A DNA stretch of 64,000 bases, taken from NCBI GenBank assembly GCA_023213395.1, contig CM041465.1:179807741-179871740 (forward strand). Direction: 5' to 3'. Position 1 is the stretch's first letter, and each line of letters begins with the position of its first letter. Origin of the DNA: Cycas panzhihuaensis (taxonomy: Eukaryota > Plantae > Cycadophyta). Position numbers and translations under genes: made by a program. The notes beneath the pieces are model-generated. The model saw nothing but the letters and a program-made list of their open reading frames with translations. It made no database searches and had not been told where the DNA came from. Shown here in pieces: positions 1-12,143 of the stretch.

Positions 1-2646
1 CAACCTTCCTTTTTTATTTTTGCTTATCTAGCTACCACGCCGCGATAAAGATTGTGGTACCACTACAAACTTTGTGGTACTGTGAAGTTTACCACCAGGC
101 GAATGTCACACATTACTTTTTAAAATCTACCATGGCAAATTTTGTATTTATTGTGAAATTTCCACATGTTAAAGGTATATTCCCAGCCCAAGAAGAACCC
201 TAATCGCTCGATTGAGCTAGACTTGGGTTTAAAACCCAAAAATACCCTTATTTCCCTCTTTTGGACTCTCTTCCATTTTCTCCAACTCTCTCTCTCACTC
301 ACTCTTCACACCTTCCTGAAAAATTACCTGCAAACATCTGACACATCAACTTTCTAACTTGATATCAGCCCTTTATAGCTCCAGATCCACAACAACAGGC
401 CTACAACAAGGCTGTGTCAAGGAAGGACACACTCCAAGTTTGCCATCAAGCATAAATATCCCTTTTTAGACTAGTTTGTGCCTCTAGACCATAGCTCCCT
501 TGGGGTTTCATCTATAAACCCTACATGGCAGGTCCTCCTCTCTCTTTTTTTAGGTAGATCTGCCCTTGATCAACCTACAACAAATACTCTTCCTCTCTTG
601 TTTTGGTTTTACTTCTTTTAAATATTAAAAGGTTGTTTGCAAGTCATGTACAACACATGCTTCCTCCAGTTTTTCTTGCTGCACATGGGAGGTAAACTCT
701 CCTTTTCATGTCTACCCATTATTTCCTTCCAGCCCTTCCCTAGTTCCTCCAAGGAGGCAGCGAGGAAGAGCTCACAAAGGAGAGTGAAAGGAGCAAAGGT
801 GGGTTCCATACCCAGTGAGCCTTCTCCTCAAGGGCAGCCCCCTTCTCTCCCTTCCTCTTCCTCCTCTGTGCCTTCCTTGGGTTTCCAAAGGGCTACTGAA
901 AGAGGGGTCATTGTTGGTAGAAGCATATGCAGCCTATTACTATGATTATTTCTAGCTTTGCAGGCCTTATGTGAGTAAGAATCACAGCCCTCAATCAAAC
1001 CCTACCTATCATTTAGTGTTAGGTTAGTTTGAAGTTACAAAAATTGCACTTCGCAACTTTTATAACATTGACAACACATACAACTTTGCAGCAACTTGTC
1101 ATTCACATATTTAGCTTTTGTTACATTAGCTTTGCTCACTACCTTGGTTCTTGGGCAGTGTGGATTGTCATAGACTTAGAGGATTAGCCATTCTGAGGCT
1201 AACTGCTCCCCTTCCTCTTCCTTGTCCCTTTTGATATTTCATGTAAGCTAACATAAAAATGGAATTGAAAGTTGATTTTGTTGTAAATGTTTCTTTGATT
1301 AAGATAGCTGGCATTGTACTATTCTATATGTTGCATATATATATATCCCTATTGCTCTAGAAGCCCCATGGGAAGGGTAGACATTACTTGGTTGCAAGTT
1401 CCCTTCTCGTCACACGTGGAGAAGGAGGAAGACATTTCAACCTAAGTGCATTCTTGCCTTTCTTCTTGATACTTCTTTTGAATCCTTTTGTACAACTCAT
1501 TTTTTTCCTTTCTATTTTTTTCAATTTGGGGAAGGTAAGGAATCCCCTACCCTCATTCACTGGCATTACCACATCAAGCCATCCATGGTTAGGAGTAATA
1601 CGAGCAAAGCAACTATGACAAGGGGATAGTGCTCCTTCGGTCATCCAAGTTCCAGGTATGCTCTTCACACCCCTTTAGTCCTATTCCTCTTGCTTTATTT
1701 TATTTATCCCCATATATCATACCTAAAGGGAAAGGAAAAGGAAAGAGAATTTGTGCACATTATCCGCACCTAGTTAGTTTGCTTGCTTATTCGACAAAAG
1801 TGCATCAAAGAGGGGCCATACCCATTGCATGTCTATTTGTTACATATTTCCTTAAGCTTTCATTCCTTGCATGCATCTTGCCTCACATATCATTACTTTC
1901 CCAATCCCTCTCTTTTTTGCATTTGAAAATTAAAAGAGAGTGAGGACATGCATGGGTGAGCAAACAAGTAGTTTTGTTTACATTGTTCCTTTCCTTCTTT
2001 CAAGAAAGAACCCATCTTGCATACAAGAGCACAATGTCATATACACAACCCCATCCCCACATGCGTTGTATAACAACCTATATGCAAAAGAATTGGGATT
2101 TTCCCATTATCACTTCACATCCCTAAAACTATCTTAGACATAGCGCCTTAAGGGCATCCCCCCTTTTAAGGCCTCCCTTCTCTCATTGTTCTTTGTTGTG
2201 CTTATTACAGCTAAGTAACCTTAGTGTGACCTTCGAGTTAGTTCCAAACCCATAGGATTGGTCACTTCTCCATTTCTTCATGAGTGCATATCACCCTCAC
2301 CTCTTGCATAGAACCACCTCTCCCATCTCTTTCTTTTTCCAAAGTGAGGTCCTCTCGCTTGCCTTCTCCTCCTACCTTCGGCCATCCAAGGGTAGAAGGG
2401 CCCATCTTTCGAGGTTACTCAGGAACCTGAGGATATCCCTCATCTCTTATACCCCCCAACTGAGGTAGAGCTACCCTAAAGGAAGTTTGTACACCATTTG
2501 TGGGTCATGAACCTACGTTCTGATGCATAGATGCCCTTTGTGGGTGATCTCCTTTACTTACCAAATAAGTCTTTACTTTATAACCTCTTTGTTAGTTGAC
2601 TTGACCTTAACCAAGTGTGGTTACCCCCCCGAAAGGTGCGATTCTA
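1..2646 (+). repeat. 5' LTR of element A (first ~45 bp missing from the window)
   Basis: Collinear with 12189-15253 throughout (e.g. duplicated ORFs 637..945/12866..13168 and 2280..2468/14876..15064). Ends at ...ggtgcgattcta versus ...ggtgcaattcca. Confidence 0.92.
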
Positions 2647-2647
2647 C

Positions 2648-2665
2648 TGGCGACTATATGAGGGA
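2648..2665 (+). promoter_or_regulatory. Primer binding site, tRNA-Arg type (degenerate)
   Basis: TGGCGACTATATGAGGGA 1 nt after the LTR end; resembles the TGGCGACT...GGGGA PBS of Ogre/Tat elements. Confidence 0.75.
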
Positions 2666-2809
2666 CCTGCCAGTAAGGGATTAATCCTCTCTCCCTTCCT
2701 GTTAGTGCTACTTCCTTCCTGGTAGCTCTCTTCAGTTTGTTTGGCACCCCCCAATGCACACACCCCACTATACCTCTTGCTCTTTCTTCCAACCTATGAG
2801 TAGAACTTG

Positions 2810-5110
2810 TATGCGATGATTCTCACATCACTTATGAGGCCTCCCTCCTTTGTTAGAAGACCCATCTTATCACTCCCTTCCTACGTCAGATTCTGATTCG
2901 GCTATAGAGGGATTTCCTTTGGATTGGGCATATCATACCTACGTATCTGAATCACATGAGCCTACTACCTCTTTCTAAGGGCCCACCCAAGAGGGTGAGG
3001 ACCCTATCTTTTATCTGGGTGACCAAGAACACCCACAAATTCACTACCTTCCTACTCATGAAGTAGAAGCCTCTTCTCCCCCAGAGTTCCACCACCCTGG
3101 TGGTAATCCTCATGAGGATCACCCTACAGGGTTCGCTTTATATGAGGTTCCCTCTACCTATTATGATCAAGCAGATACTCCTCCTGCAGATGTTGTCGAA
3201 TCCCTTAACCAATGCTTCCAAGTTGCTCGCTTCTAACTACATCCTAAGTGGTTTGAGAGCATCTTGTGAAGCATTATGCTTCCTTCCTCTACATCCACCC
3301 CACCTTGTCTATCTCATCCAACTTCCCTACCTGTGATGATTTTACCTATCACCTTATCTTCCTCCCCCCATGGTCCATGTTCCTTGGGGACCATCCAAGG
3401 CATGTCCTCTTCCCAACTTTGGTTGAGTATGCCCCCTTCTAGTCAAACGACTACACCTCCGCTAACTATAGTATATCCACCACCTATTAGATCTATAGGA
3501 CCTACATACACCCCTACTTCTAGCCATGTGGGGTCTGCCCCCACACAGTCCCAAGTTTAACCTAGGGATCCCTCCCTTTATATGCCTCTTGGTTACATCT
3601 CTCAATCGTGGGGGCATGGCAAGGGAAATTCCCTTCCAGCTTATGGGGTAGACCCTGTGCACTCATATGGGGTCACACCACCCACATGTAGCCTATATGG
3701 ATGAAACCTCGTTCTGAACCACTCTTTTCCATCTACTTATGTCACCCCTCATGTTGCACCTTTGTAAGGAGGGCAAGCCCCCTCCTAAGGCACCTTTTCT
3801 TAAGCTCCTTTCCAACAAGAGCCATTTGCTTAAGGAGAGATGGGTCCCTCACATCCATTTATTCCTATGTATATTTCTTCAAATGTGGGATTAGTGTCTT
3901 CTCACCAAACGAGAGGAAGCCAATATCCCCTTTCGAACTAAATTCCCTAAGAAGGATTTGGACAACCTTGTCTACCTACTCTTCCATCTCTCATTGATCC
4001 TATAGTCCAAACAAGGGCACACCCCTTTATGGACTATAGATCGATACCTTTATCCATTGAGGCACTAAGAACCAACTTACCACCTCACCCCCTACCCTGG
4101 AGGTTCACAAATTCGATGGGACCTCATAACAAGACCCAATGGAACATATCTATAGCTTTTCTATAACATGTATCGATTATTGGGCTTATGATCACATACT
4201 CATGAAACTTTTCCCATGTTCTCTTTAAGGCGATGCCCTTAAGTGGTTCTATCACCTGCCAGCACATTCTAATAACTCGTGGATGAATTCATCAATTATT
4301 TTGACGTAGCTTATCCTTTTGAAAGTGGAATGAAAGCCCTCTTATATCTTAAACAAGGTCACGATGAGGTGAATCATGACTTTGTGAGATGCATCGATGA
4401 CCTGCTTCACCCCACCAAGGCAACTTTGCCTGGGGAGTTGAAGAGAGACCTCTTTGTTAACGCTCTTCACCCAGAAGTCCACATTGAAGTCCTTAAAATA
4501 GGGGCAATGATGTGTGACTCTGCCATATCTAAGTGCTTAGCGCTTGAGGCCATTGAGATCCAAGTAGGTCTCTAGAAGCCTCTCAATCCCTCACAACGGT
4601 GTGAGGCACCTCCACCACCCCATGATACTAAAGTCCAATAGCCTGCGAGGTCTTCTTCCCATCCAATGAAGAAGACCTTGGATCCTCTTACTTCCATTAT
4701 ATGTTCATTTGAACGTATCATGAAGGCCATTGAGATCCAAGCAGGTCTTAAGAAGCCTCTCAAGCCCTCACAATGACGTGAGGCACCTCCACCACCCCAT
4801 CAGACTAAAGTCCAATAGCCTGTGAGGTCTTCTTCCCATCTAATGAAGAAGACCTTGAATCCTCTTACTTTCACTATACGTTCATTCAAATGTACCATGA
4901 AAGGAGCTTAAACTCAAAGCCCCTTCATCCCCCACCTCACACAAACCAGTTCATGAAGCCTCTTAAGTCACTCCCCCCAAGGGTGGTGACACCTAATCTT
5001 CTCAAATAAGGAAGCATGATTCCTCCCTAAAGAAAAAATAGTGTTCTATCCATGGGGAATGTTTCCACAAAGATTCACAATGCTGGGCCTAGCACCCTAG
5101 AGCTACCCCA
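2810..5110 (+). pseudogene. gag: gag of element A with a long Pro/Ser-rich N-terminal region; retrotransposon gag core at about 4090-4570
   Basis: Translation EVHKFDGTS*QDPMEHIYSF...LMKLFPCSL*GDALKWFYHLP, then ORF 4279..4575; homologous to 61900-64000; many stops. Confidence 0.8.
4547..4901 (+). repeat. 177-bp tandem duplication (2 copies) in the gag C-terminal region
   Basis: aggccattgagatccaag...catgaa at 4547 and again at 4724. Confidence 0.9.
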
Positions 5111-5689
5111 CAATGTGATTCTTCTCCTAAATGGGCATCTAGGCCAAACCTAGCCCAACCCATCCACAAGGATCCTTTCCCCAAACATGAAGAACGTGAT
5201 CATAATAACCAACAAAAGGGTAGCTTAAATAGAGAGAGGTCCCCAAACCCTCACCCTTCATAAGCAAAAAGGAAGGGTACAAGAAACTCATCCTCTTCTT
5301 CTGGCTCTCCTGACTATCACACTCCCTCACCCTCTTAATCCCAAAATAAGGGGAAAAGAGTCATTCAAATTCTTGACACCACCTTATTGTATGCCTTAAC
5401 CCAGTCTCAAATGGCTAAAGAGGCGAGTCGTGTCTCTTCTTCCACACCTCACCTTGATCCTCTTCTGGAAGTCCCTATGCTCCCAAGACTATTCCCATGT
5501 GCCCTAGTCATTACGACTTTCGAAGGGCTCTTCCCCAACCTACCACGAAGAGGAATCCCTTCTCCATTATTGATGAGCTTCACATCATGGTTATAGGAAT
5601 TTCTATGATGGACATCTTAAGAAGCTGCCCTGAGCAATGTGCTCTCCTTCTTGGAGCTCTTACCTAATAAGATGCTTTAATCTATGTTG

Positions 5690-6160
5690 TAGGCACCACC
5701 TCCCATGGTCCACCTATCATCTCATTCGATCCACTTATCATCTCATTTGATCCTCAAGATCTCCCATCTCCTAGTGAAGGGGAGAAGCTTTTGTATTACC
5801 CATTCGTCATTTCTATTGACACTCCTGATTTTATCATAAAGAGGGCCATCATAGATAATGGCTCCTTAGTTAATGTTATGCCTGCATGCATGCTTAAGGA
5901 GCTTGGCATAGTAGCTCTTGAGTCTATCCCTTGGAAATACCAAGGATATGATGGAACCAAGAAGTCCCTTTTAGGGATATTCTCCCTTCTGCTCACCTTA
6001 AGAGGGAAGATTGTTCCTATAGATGTTATTATACTTGATATTGATGTGGAGTACAACCTCCTATTGGGCTGACCATGGCTTGAACAAATGGGGGAAATTT
6101 GCTCCTCACATTAGGGGCAACTTAAATTTGTCTATAAAGGACAAGTTAAGGTTGTCACCC
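5690..6160 (+). pseudogene. Aspartic protease of element A
   Basis: ORF 5791..6072 RAIIDNGSLVNVMP...YNLLLG*PWL (D-N-G active site and LLGRPW motif with CGA>TGA). Confidence 0.85.
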
Positions 6161-7519
6161 GTGAGCCTCCACCACCTCATACTTCTTATTCAGCCTGTCA
6201 GGTTGTCTTTAATGATGAAGATCACGATCCTGAGGAGGCCATCCCTTCCATGGGACCTATTTTTTAAGAGACTGATCTTCATTAAGAGGAACCCATGCCT
6301 TATTATGAATAAAACCTAATCAGGTTTGCCCTTATTGGTGTAGGTAGCTATGATTACCTAGCCACCATGGGTGAGTCTGAGTCAGATAGTGAGGGCTATG
6401 ACACCCCTCCTCAGCATGTCACCCTGGTTTCACATACACCTAAGGAGATATCCCGAGTGGATATCCCCTCTTCTCTCTATTCTACATTAGCCCTTAAGCC
6501 ATTGGTTCTGAACTAGCCATCTCTTTGATCTTCTCACCCTCCCTGAGCAACTTTACATAGGCATCCACATTGACAAGCCACTCATAGAGGTACTTATTCT
6601 TCGCGCTCTAGGTCCTCACGTAAGACTAGAGCCAAGCCTACTCAAATGCAACCTTACCATGTGACCCATCATGTGTTAGGTCCATCACACTTATTTGATT
6701 CTGACCAAAATCATTTTATAGGCCTAGCCATATAAGGCCTGCCCTTCATCATCTATCCTTATATCTATGTGTGATTATTCCTATCCCTATGTAGGTTGTG
6801 CACACCAACTCCTTCTTTCGTGCTCTGAAATGAGCTTAAACTACCACCCTAAGTGTGTCCTCTATTACCCTAACCATAGGTGGAATGGTGGCTTAAGGTA
6901 ACTCCCCCATCTTTTCAGATCCCTCCTATGGCATCTTTTGCTTCCCTTTCCCTAGGGAACCTTTTCCTCTTAGTTGATATGTGGTTTTCTATTGCTCGCA
7001 AGCTTGAAAGCACACTTCAACTAGGATGGCGTGATTGAGTATCCCATACTCTCTCTCTTGCTTATACTTCCTTTGCATATCCTACTATACTCCTTCGATG
7101 GATATGTATGGCTCTCCATCTCCTAGCCCCACATGTATCTATCACCAACACCCATGGTGATCATATGTGCTACTGTGAGTATAGCCCTGCATGTAAGGAA
7201 GTGTGAGCGCCACCCATATGATCCTATAACATAAACCATATGACAAGTAATCAAAGCCATCATGATCTATAACTCCTTGTGAACCTGTGCACCCATATAC
7301 ACATACACACAAACATATATACAAAGCATATAAGCAACAAAATACATCATCATATATCATCATACAACATCATCACATAAAATGGGGTGCCAATGGCCCC
7401 ATCTATATATATAAAAAATCATAATGTGTCATATCATACAAATGGTATGGTACATCATCTATGAGAAGTTGGATCCTTACAAGGAGGAGTACAATCATGT
7501 GGTAATATATGGTGACTCC

Positions 7520-9526
7520 CTGGAGGTTTAGTGCTTTGCCAATCAAAACTAATCATACCATTCTCTCTAGCACTCCTATGCTCAAGGCGTGTCGTCTCCT
7601 AGCTGATATGATCCCTCCCCAGGGGACCACATACCTCCTAGGCTCCTCCTGTGCCTTTGTAATCTCCCTGCCTTGCTCCCCTCATCTCGAGGCCTCCTCA
7701 GGGTCATCGCCATCGTGTGGGTATGAGTCCTACTCTATGATGACCTCACTACCACCTAATCTACCAGTTGATTGTATCATGCTTGGATACGATCCCCCTC
7801 TCCCTCTACTCCTCAAAGCCTCTCCTCCATCCCTTGGAGCCTCTCCACTACTCCTTGGAGTTGCTCCTCCAATACATCCACTCTAATACGACTCTATGCA
7901 TCACCACCTTCTCCTCTGCCCTGAGCCTCTAACACCTGGACTTGACCTCGTAGGGCATCCATATCTGCTTGGGTCCCATCCATCTCCCCCTGTAGCTGTC
8001 CCACCCTTACTTGGTGCCCCTAGGGCTTTCCTACTCATATGTCCCTAGCCCTGATCAATGGAGTGAATGCTACTATGTATGACCCTACTGATCATGGCTC
8101 CTCTCCAGCCTGGATTGAAGGTTACCCCACTGCATAGACCTGGGAGAATACCTCACGGAATACTGCCTCCATCAACCTCCCCATCTTTGTTGCTCCTGCA
8201 AAGTCAAACACATCACATGTTAGTATATATACCTATATATATAGTAAATCCCATAAATCAAATCAAAGCAAGCCATCTAAATACCTGGTGGTTGAAAGAT
8301 AATAGGAAGGGTAGTGTCTCACCTCTTGGGATTGTTGGCTCCTCAACCTGGACAACCACCTCCTCCTCAGGTCTGCCCGTGACTGCTGATACCTCCTCCT
8401 CCTCAGGCACCACCTCGCCTACCTCTTGGCCTGTCGGGGTACCTCTGCCCTCCTCAACTATCACTGCTACCACTGCTTGGGCTCCCCCTACCATCCTTAG
8501 TCTCTGGACTGGTGTGCGGGGTAGCCTACCTCTCCCTACAGCTCGTGATGGACCCTCCTCTCCTCCTGCGACTCCTGAAGGCTCTGCCTTGCCTCCTGCA
8601 GTCCCTGATGGGCCTACCTCACTGCCTCCTCCTCCTGATGGGCCTGCCTCATCACCTCTATCACCACCATCATCATCATCACAACCTCTAGGGGCACCTC
8701 CTACTTCTCCTACCTTATTGTCACTATCCCACCTCACCCCTATGTATGGATATGTCGTATAGTCTGCCATGGTGAGAAGGTCTAGTGATGTTGCCTCTAC
8801 CAATTACCTCATGTGAGCCTGATCCTTGATCCCCCTAAATTGAGTCTGCCACTTGTGTACCATGGGAGCCCACACTAAGATAAGGTGTGGTCCTCCTACT
8901 AGTGCCACCACTCTAAAGTGATCAAAGAACCAACATTGTAGTAGCGTACTATAGGAGAATCCTCCTCTCCTGGTCACTCTAATAACATCTAGTTAGGTGA
9001 CCATGTTTACCTAATCTAACCTCTCCCCAGCCTCGCATCTCATCACTGTCTCCATACACCCACTAGGTATATCTCTATAGTTATGTTTCTAGAAAATCTT
9101 GAACATAATGCCTAATGTGATCAGCTTCCTCATCCAAGGAATCCGTGACATAACCATACTCTACACTGGTATCCCACGTCTCTCCTACCTATCCTAGGCA
9201 GTGAAGAATGTGGTTGCCTCCTTATGCATAACATCGTTGTTAGGCAATGCCCCTAATGATGTTAATGCTCCTCCTGCTAGTATGCCAAGGATCCTCCATA
9301 TGTCCCCTGGTGCGATGGTGATGTCCCCTACCTGGGGGAGGTGGAATACATGCTACCTACGATCCTAATGGATGACAATGTTGACTAGGAGATGCTGATC
9401 TGAAGCATATTACGGTGTCTTGATGACCTTCAGCAAGCCATGTCTCCCTAATATCCATCGATCTCCCTAAGTCATCATCTCTATGAAGCTCATTATATCA
9501 ACCCTAATATTTTCGTGATTGTCCAT
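7520..9526 (-). pseudogene. Antisense Plant Mobile Domain (PMD, MAIN/MAIL-like) gene with a Gly/Glu-rich linker and a GT-AG intron at 8196-8284
   Basis: Minus-strand translation from ATG at 9526: MDNHENIRV...DQHLLVNIVIH*DRR*HVFHLPQVGDITIAPGDIWRILGILAGG, matching the PMD motif D..LL...W....HTFHLP.GE.TIT..DV..ILG. ORF 8258..8803 is the downstream low-complexity part. The 3' end is approximate. Confidence 0.8.
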
Positions 9527-10779
9527 TGCGATAACCACCTGCCAAGCACCCAACAAACAATCAAAAAACCTCTACATCTACTTGCCTATCCTCAGGTTGC
9601 CTCTCCCCCTTTCTAGGCTAAGTTTAACACCCCATTGGCCCCTTTTTCTCTCTTTTTTTTTACTTGCAACCTGCCTCACGCCAAATTCTATGGTACCATA
9701 GAGTTTGGTAAGGGCCCCACTAAGTTTTTAGCATTTTCTTAGCAACCTCATGACAAACTTTGCAGCACTGTGATATTTGCCATGGGGGAAGCCATACCCC
9801 TCTCAAAAAGGGAGGAAACCCTTTAAAAATTAAGAAAGGTTTGTTCTGGTGGGCCAAGAATAGGACCACTGGGATCAGGGCTACCTAGTACCCTGATCCT
9901 CCCCCTCTCTGGGCCCAAATCAGGCTCCAGAGGGTCCCAATTCACCCTTAAGGGGCTAACAATCACTCAACAAAAGCATAAAAACACATTCATTTTAATC
10001 AATGAAATGGCATGGGTGTGGGATGATCCACTCACGAGATGTGGTCTTGTCACCCTGGTCCTAACAGTTATCTCCTCACCTCGATCCAATGGTCTAATCT
10101 CTCTCTGTGTATCTCCAAAGTCTAGTGGTACTTCACTATGTAAGGGAAAAGGCTCTAAATCAATCGTAAGCCTATGAAAATGAATCTCGTTTCCACCTAG
10201 TTTTCCTTATGTAGGTGGGGGCCCTGATGGAAACCTCCTCCTTTCTCCCTACTGAGATAGCCCTTAGGACCGTCTCTTTTCCCATATGAATTTTTCCTTC
10301 TGGGTCTGTCACTCATTTTGCCTCCATGGCCTTCTTTCGCCTCCTCAATATATTTATGACGACCCCTCCAGTCTTCTGCAGACCCTTGCTATCTCAATTT
10401 TCATACCATTTCTAAACATGCCCTTATTTATACTCATTTGGCTCATTTCGTCATCCTAAACCTAGTTTCATTGCTCATTTGATCCTTGGGGCTTCCAAAG
10501 AAAGCTCCTCCCCCATCTATGACCGCGCTCTACTCCCACTAGTGACCTTTAGGACCCCAAAGGGGCCTTTTTGCTGCCATCTCCTTCTCGTCCATCGAGT
10601 TGGTCTCTTCATCTTCGGGTAGCCTCTTCCTTAGGTTCTCTTGCCTCTTACAACCTCTATTCATAGCCACCTAAGTGCTTCATGATTGTCTCACCCCATT
10701 GAGTCTTTTTCTTCACTCGTTGACCCTGCCATCACCTTTTTTCCTCATTTGCTCTATCGAGATATCTATCCCTTCTACC

Positions 10780-11170
10780 ATGGCTCTGCTCATCTTTACC
10801 AATGATGGGAGTCATGTTAACCCAGGTCCTTCCATCACTACATCGATCCTCCATGACCCCTCCGGGTATAATTACATGCATTCTAAGGTCTTCCTTCTTG
10901 AAGCCAACAATAACAAAGCTGAATACATGGCTATTATTGAGGCTCTTATTGATACACTATACTTCCACTGTGGGCCTATCATCCTCCTCTGTGACTCCCA
11001 AGTCATTATCTCACATCTCACCCAGATCTACCAAGTGTGTTGCCCATGCCTAAGAGCCCTTACTTTAACCGCTAGGTCCCTTCTGTCTCATTTCCTTTCT
11101 ATCGATATTTGACACATCTCTTGGGATTGCAACATTAAGGCAGACAGTCTTGTCCATCTCATCCTCAAGC
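10780..11170 (+). pseudogene. Stand-alone archaeal-type RNase H (aRH) of a Tat element
   Basis: MALLIFTNDGSHVNPG...NNNKAEYMAIIEAL...CDSQVII...I*HISWDCNIKADSL; RNase HI motifs; one in-frame TGA at 11110-11112. Confidence 0.85.
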
Positions 11171-12143
11171 GTCGCCTCCTTCTCCTTGATGATCCCCCTT
11201 GAGAAACTTGTCCGGTCACCTAGGTGCCCAAGTTTTAGATCATCCCTTCTCCATGCCACAATCCGTCGTACCTCTGAAAGCTGGTACCTAATAAGGTTAA
11301 ACTATGGCAACCACCAGGTTTATTTTCTTCACTCTACCATCTATTCCAGTCCTAGTATGGAACCTCTATTACTCTAGTCCTCTCATATATATAACACCTT
11401 CTTTACAACATTTATTCAACTATAGTCATGGTTACTACCATTAGCTACTTTGCATTCATATGATGGGGGTCATCCCCTCTCATCCTTTTCCCTACCTGTC
11501 GACCTTAGGGCAATACTTAGGCAGCCCCTATGTCATCTCTCCCTTGTCACTGCACCCACGCATTCCACCATAACACTTGCCATCACCATTGGATCTCACC
11601 ATTGATGCTTTGTATATATAATACTAAGATTTTATTGCCAGTATTTGCCATCACATTGTGCTTCCGAGCGGGGAGGCTCTGCTACCAAGGGGGCAGTGTT
11701 TCTTAGCTACTGGGAATGGATATGGATAGGTTAACTCAGGTAAGTGTAGGTACGCTTCTATCCCTCACCCTCATCAGTTCTACTAGAGGTGGATTGAAGC
11801 ATTTCATTTACATTACATGACTGTTTGGTTCATTGAGTGATCATTAAGCATCTGTTGCTTAATTATGTTACATTACATCACTTCAGCCTATGACGATCTA
11901 GGGATAAGCATCCCATGGTGCTCCACAATCCTCCTCCATATCTCTGCATTGTCTCCAAGTACCAGTTGGCCCCCATGGGCTAATCACATCTCTGTTGACA
12001 TACTTCAACTGCTAGCACCTTGCCTAGACATGGTTGGTGTCTCTTCACAAGTTTATTAACTTTTTGGGAGCTTCTCATCTTTGGTATTTCACCCAGAGTA
12101 GGTCTCTTTGGTCCCATGACTATCTCTTGTCACCTAGGTAGAG

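Noticed and set aside
637-945. ORFs repeated in both LTRs of A (also 1384-1668, 1940-2137, 2280-2468) as real genes
   Set aside because: Shared only because the LTRs are copies; several use non-ATG starts and none has a recognisable domain.
6200-7150. RT remnants after the protease of A
   Set aside because: No CxDY, MPFG or YxDD-like motifs found by eye.
8067-8762. 231-aa Pro/Ser-rich plus-strand ORF as an extensin-like gene
   Set aside because: It is the antisense shadow of the Gly/Glu-rich PMD linker and reads through the AT-rich intron.
10675-11112. RNase H as a host gene or bacterial/archaeal horizontal transfer
   Set aside because: It lies between paired LTRs, and aRH is a known Tat-lineage domain.
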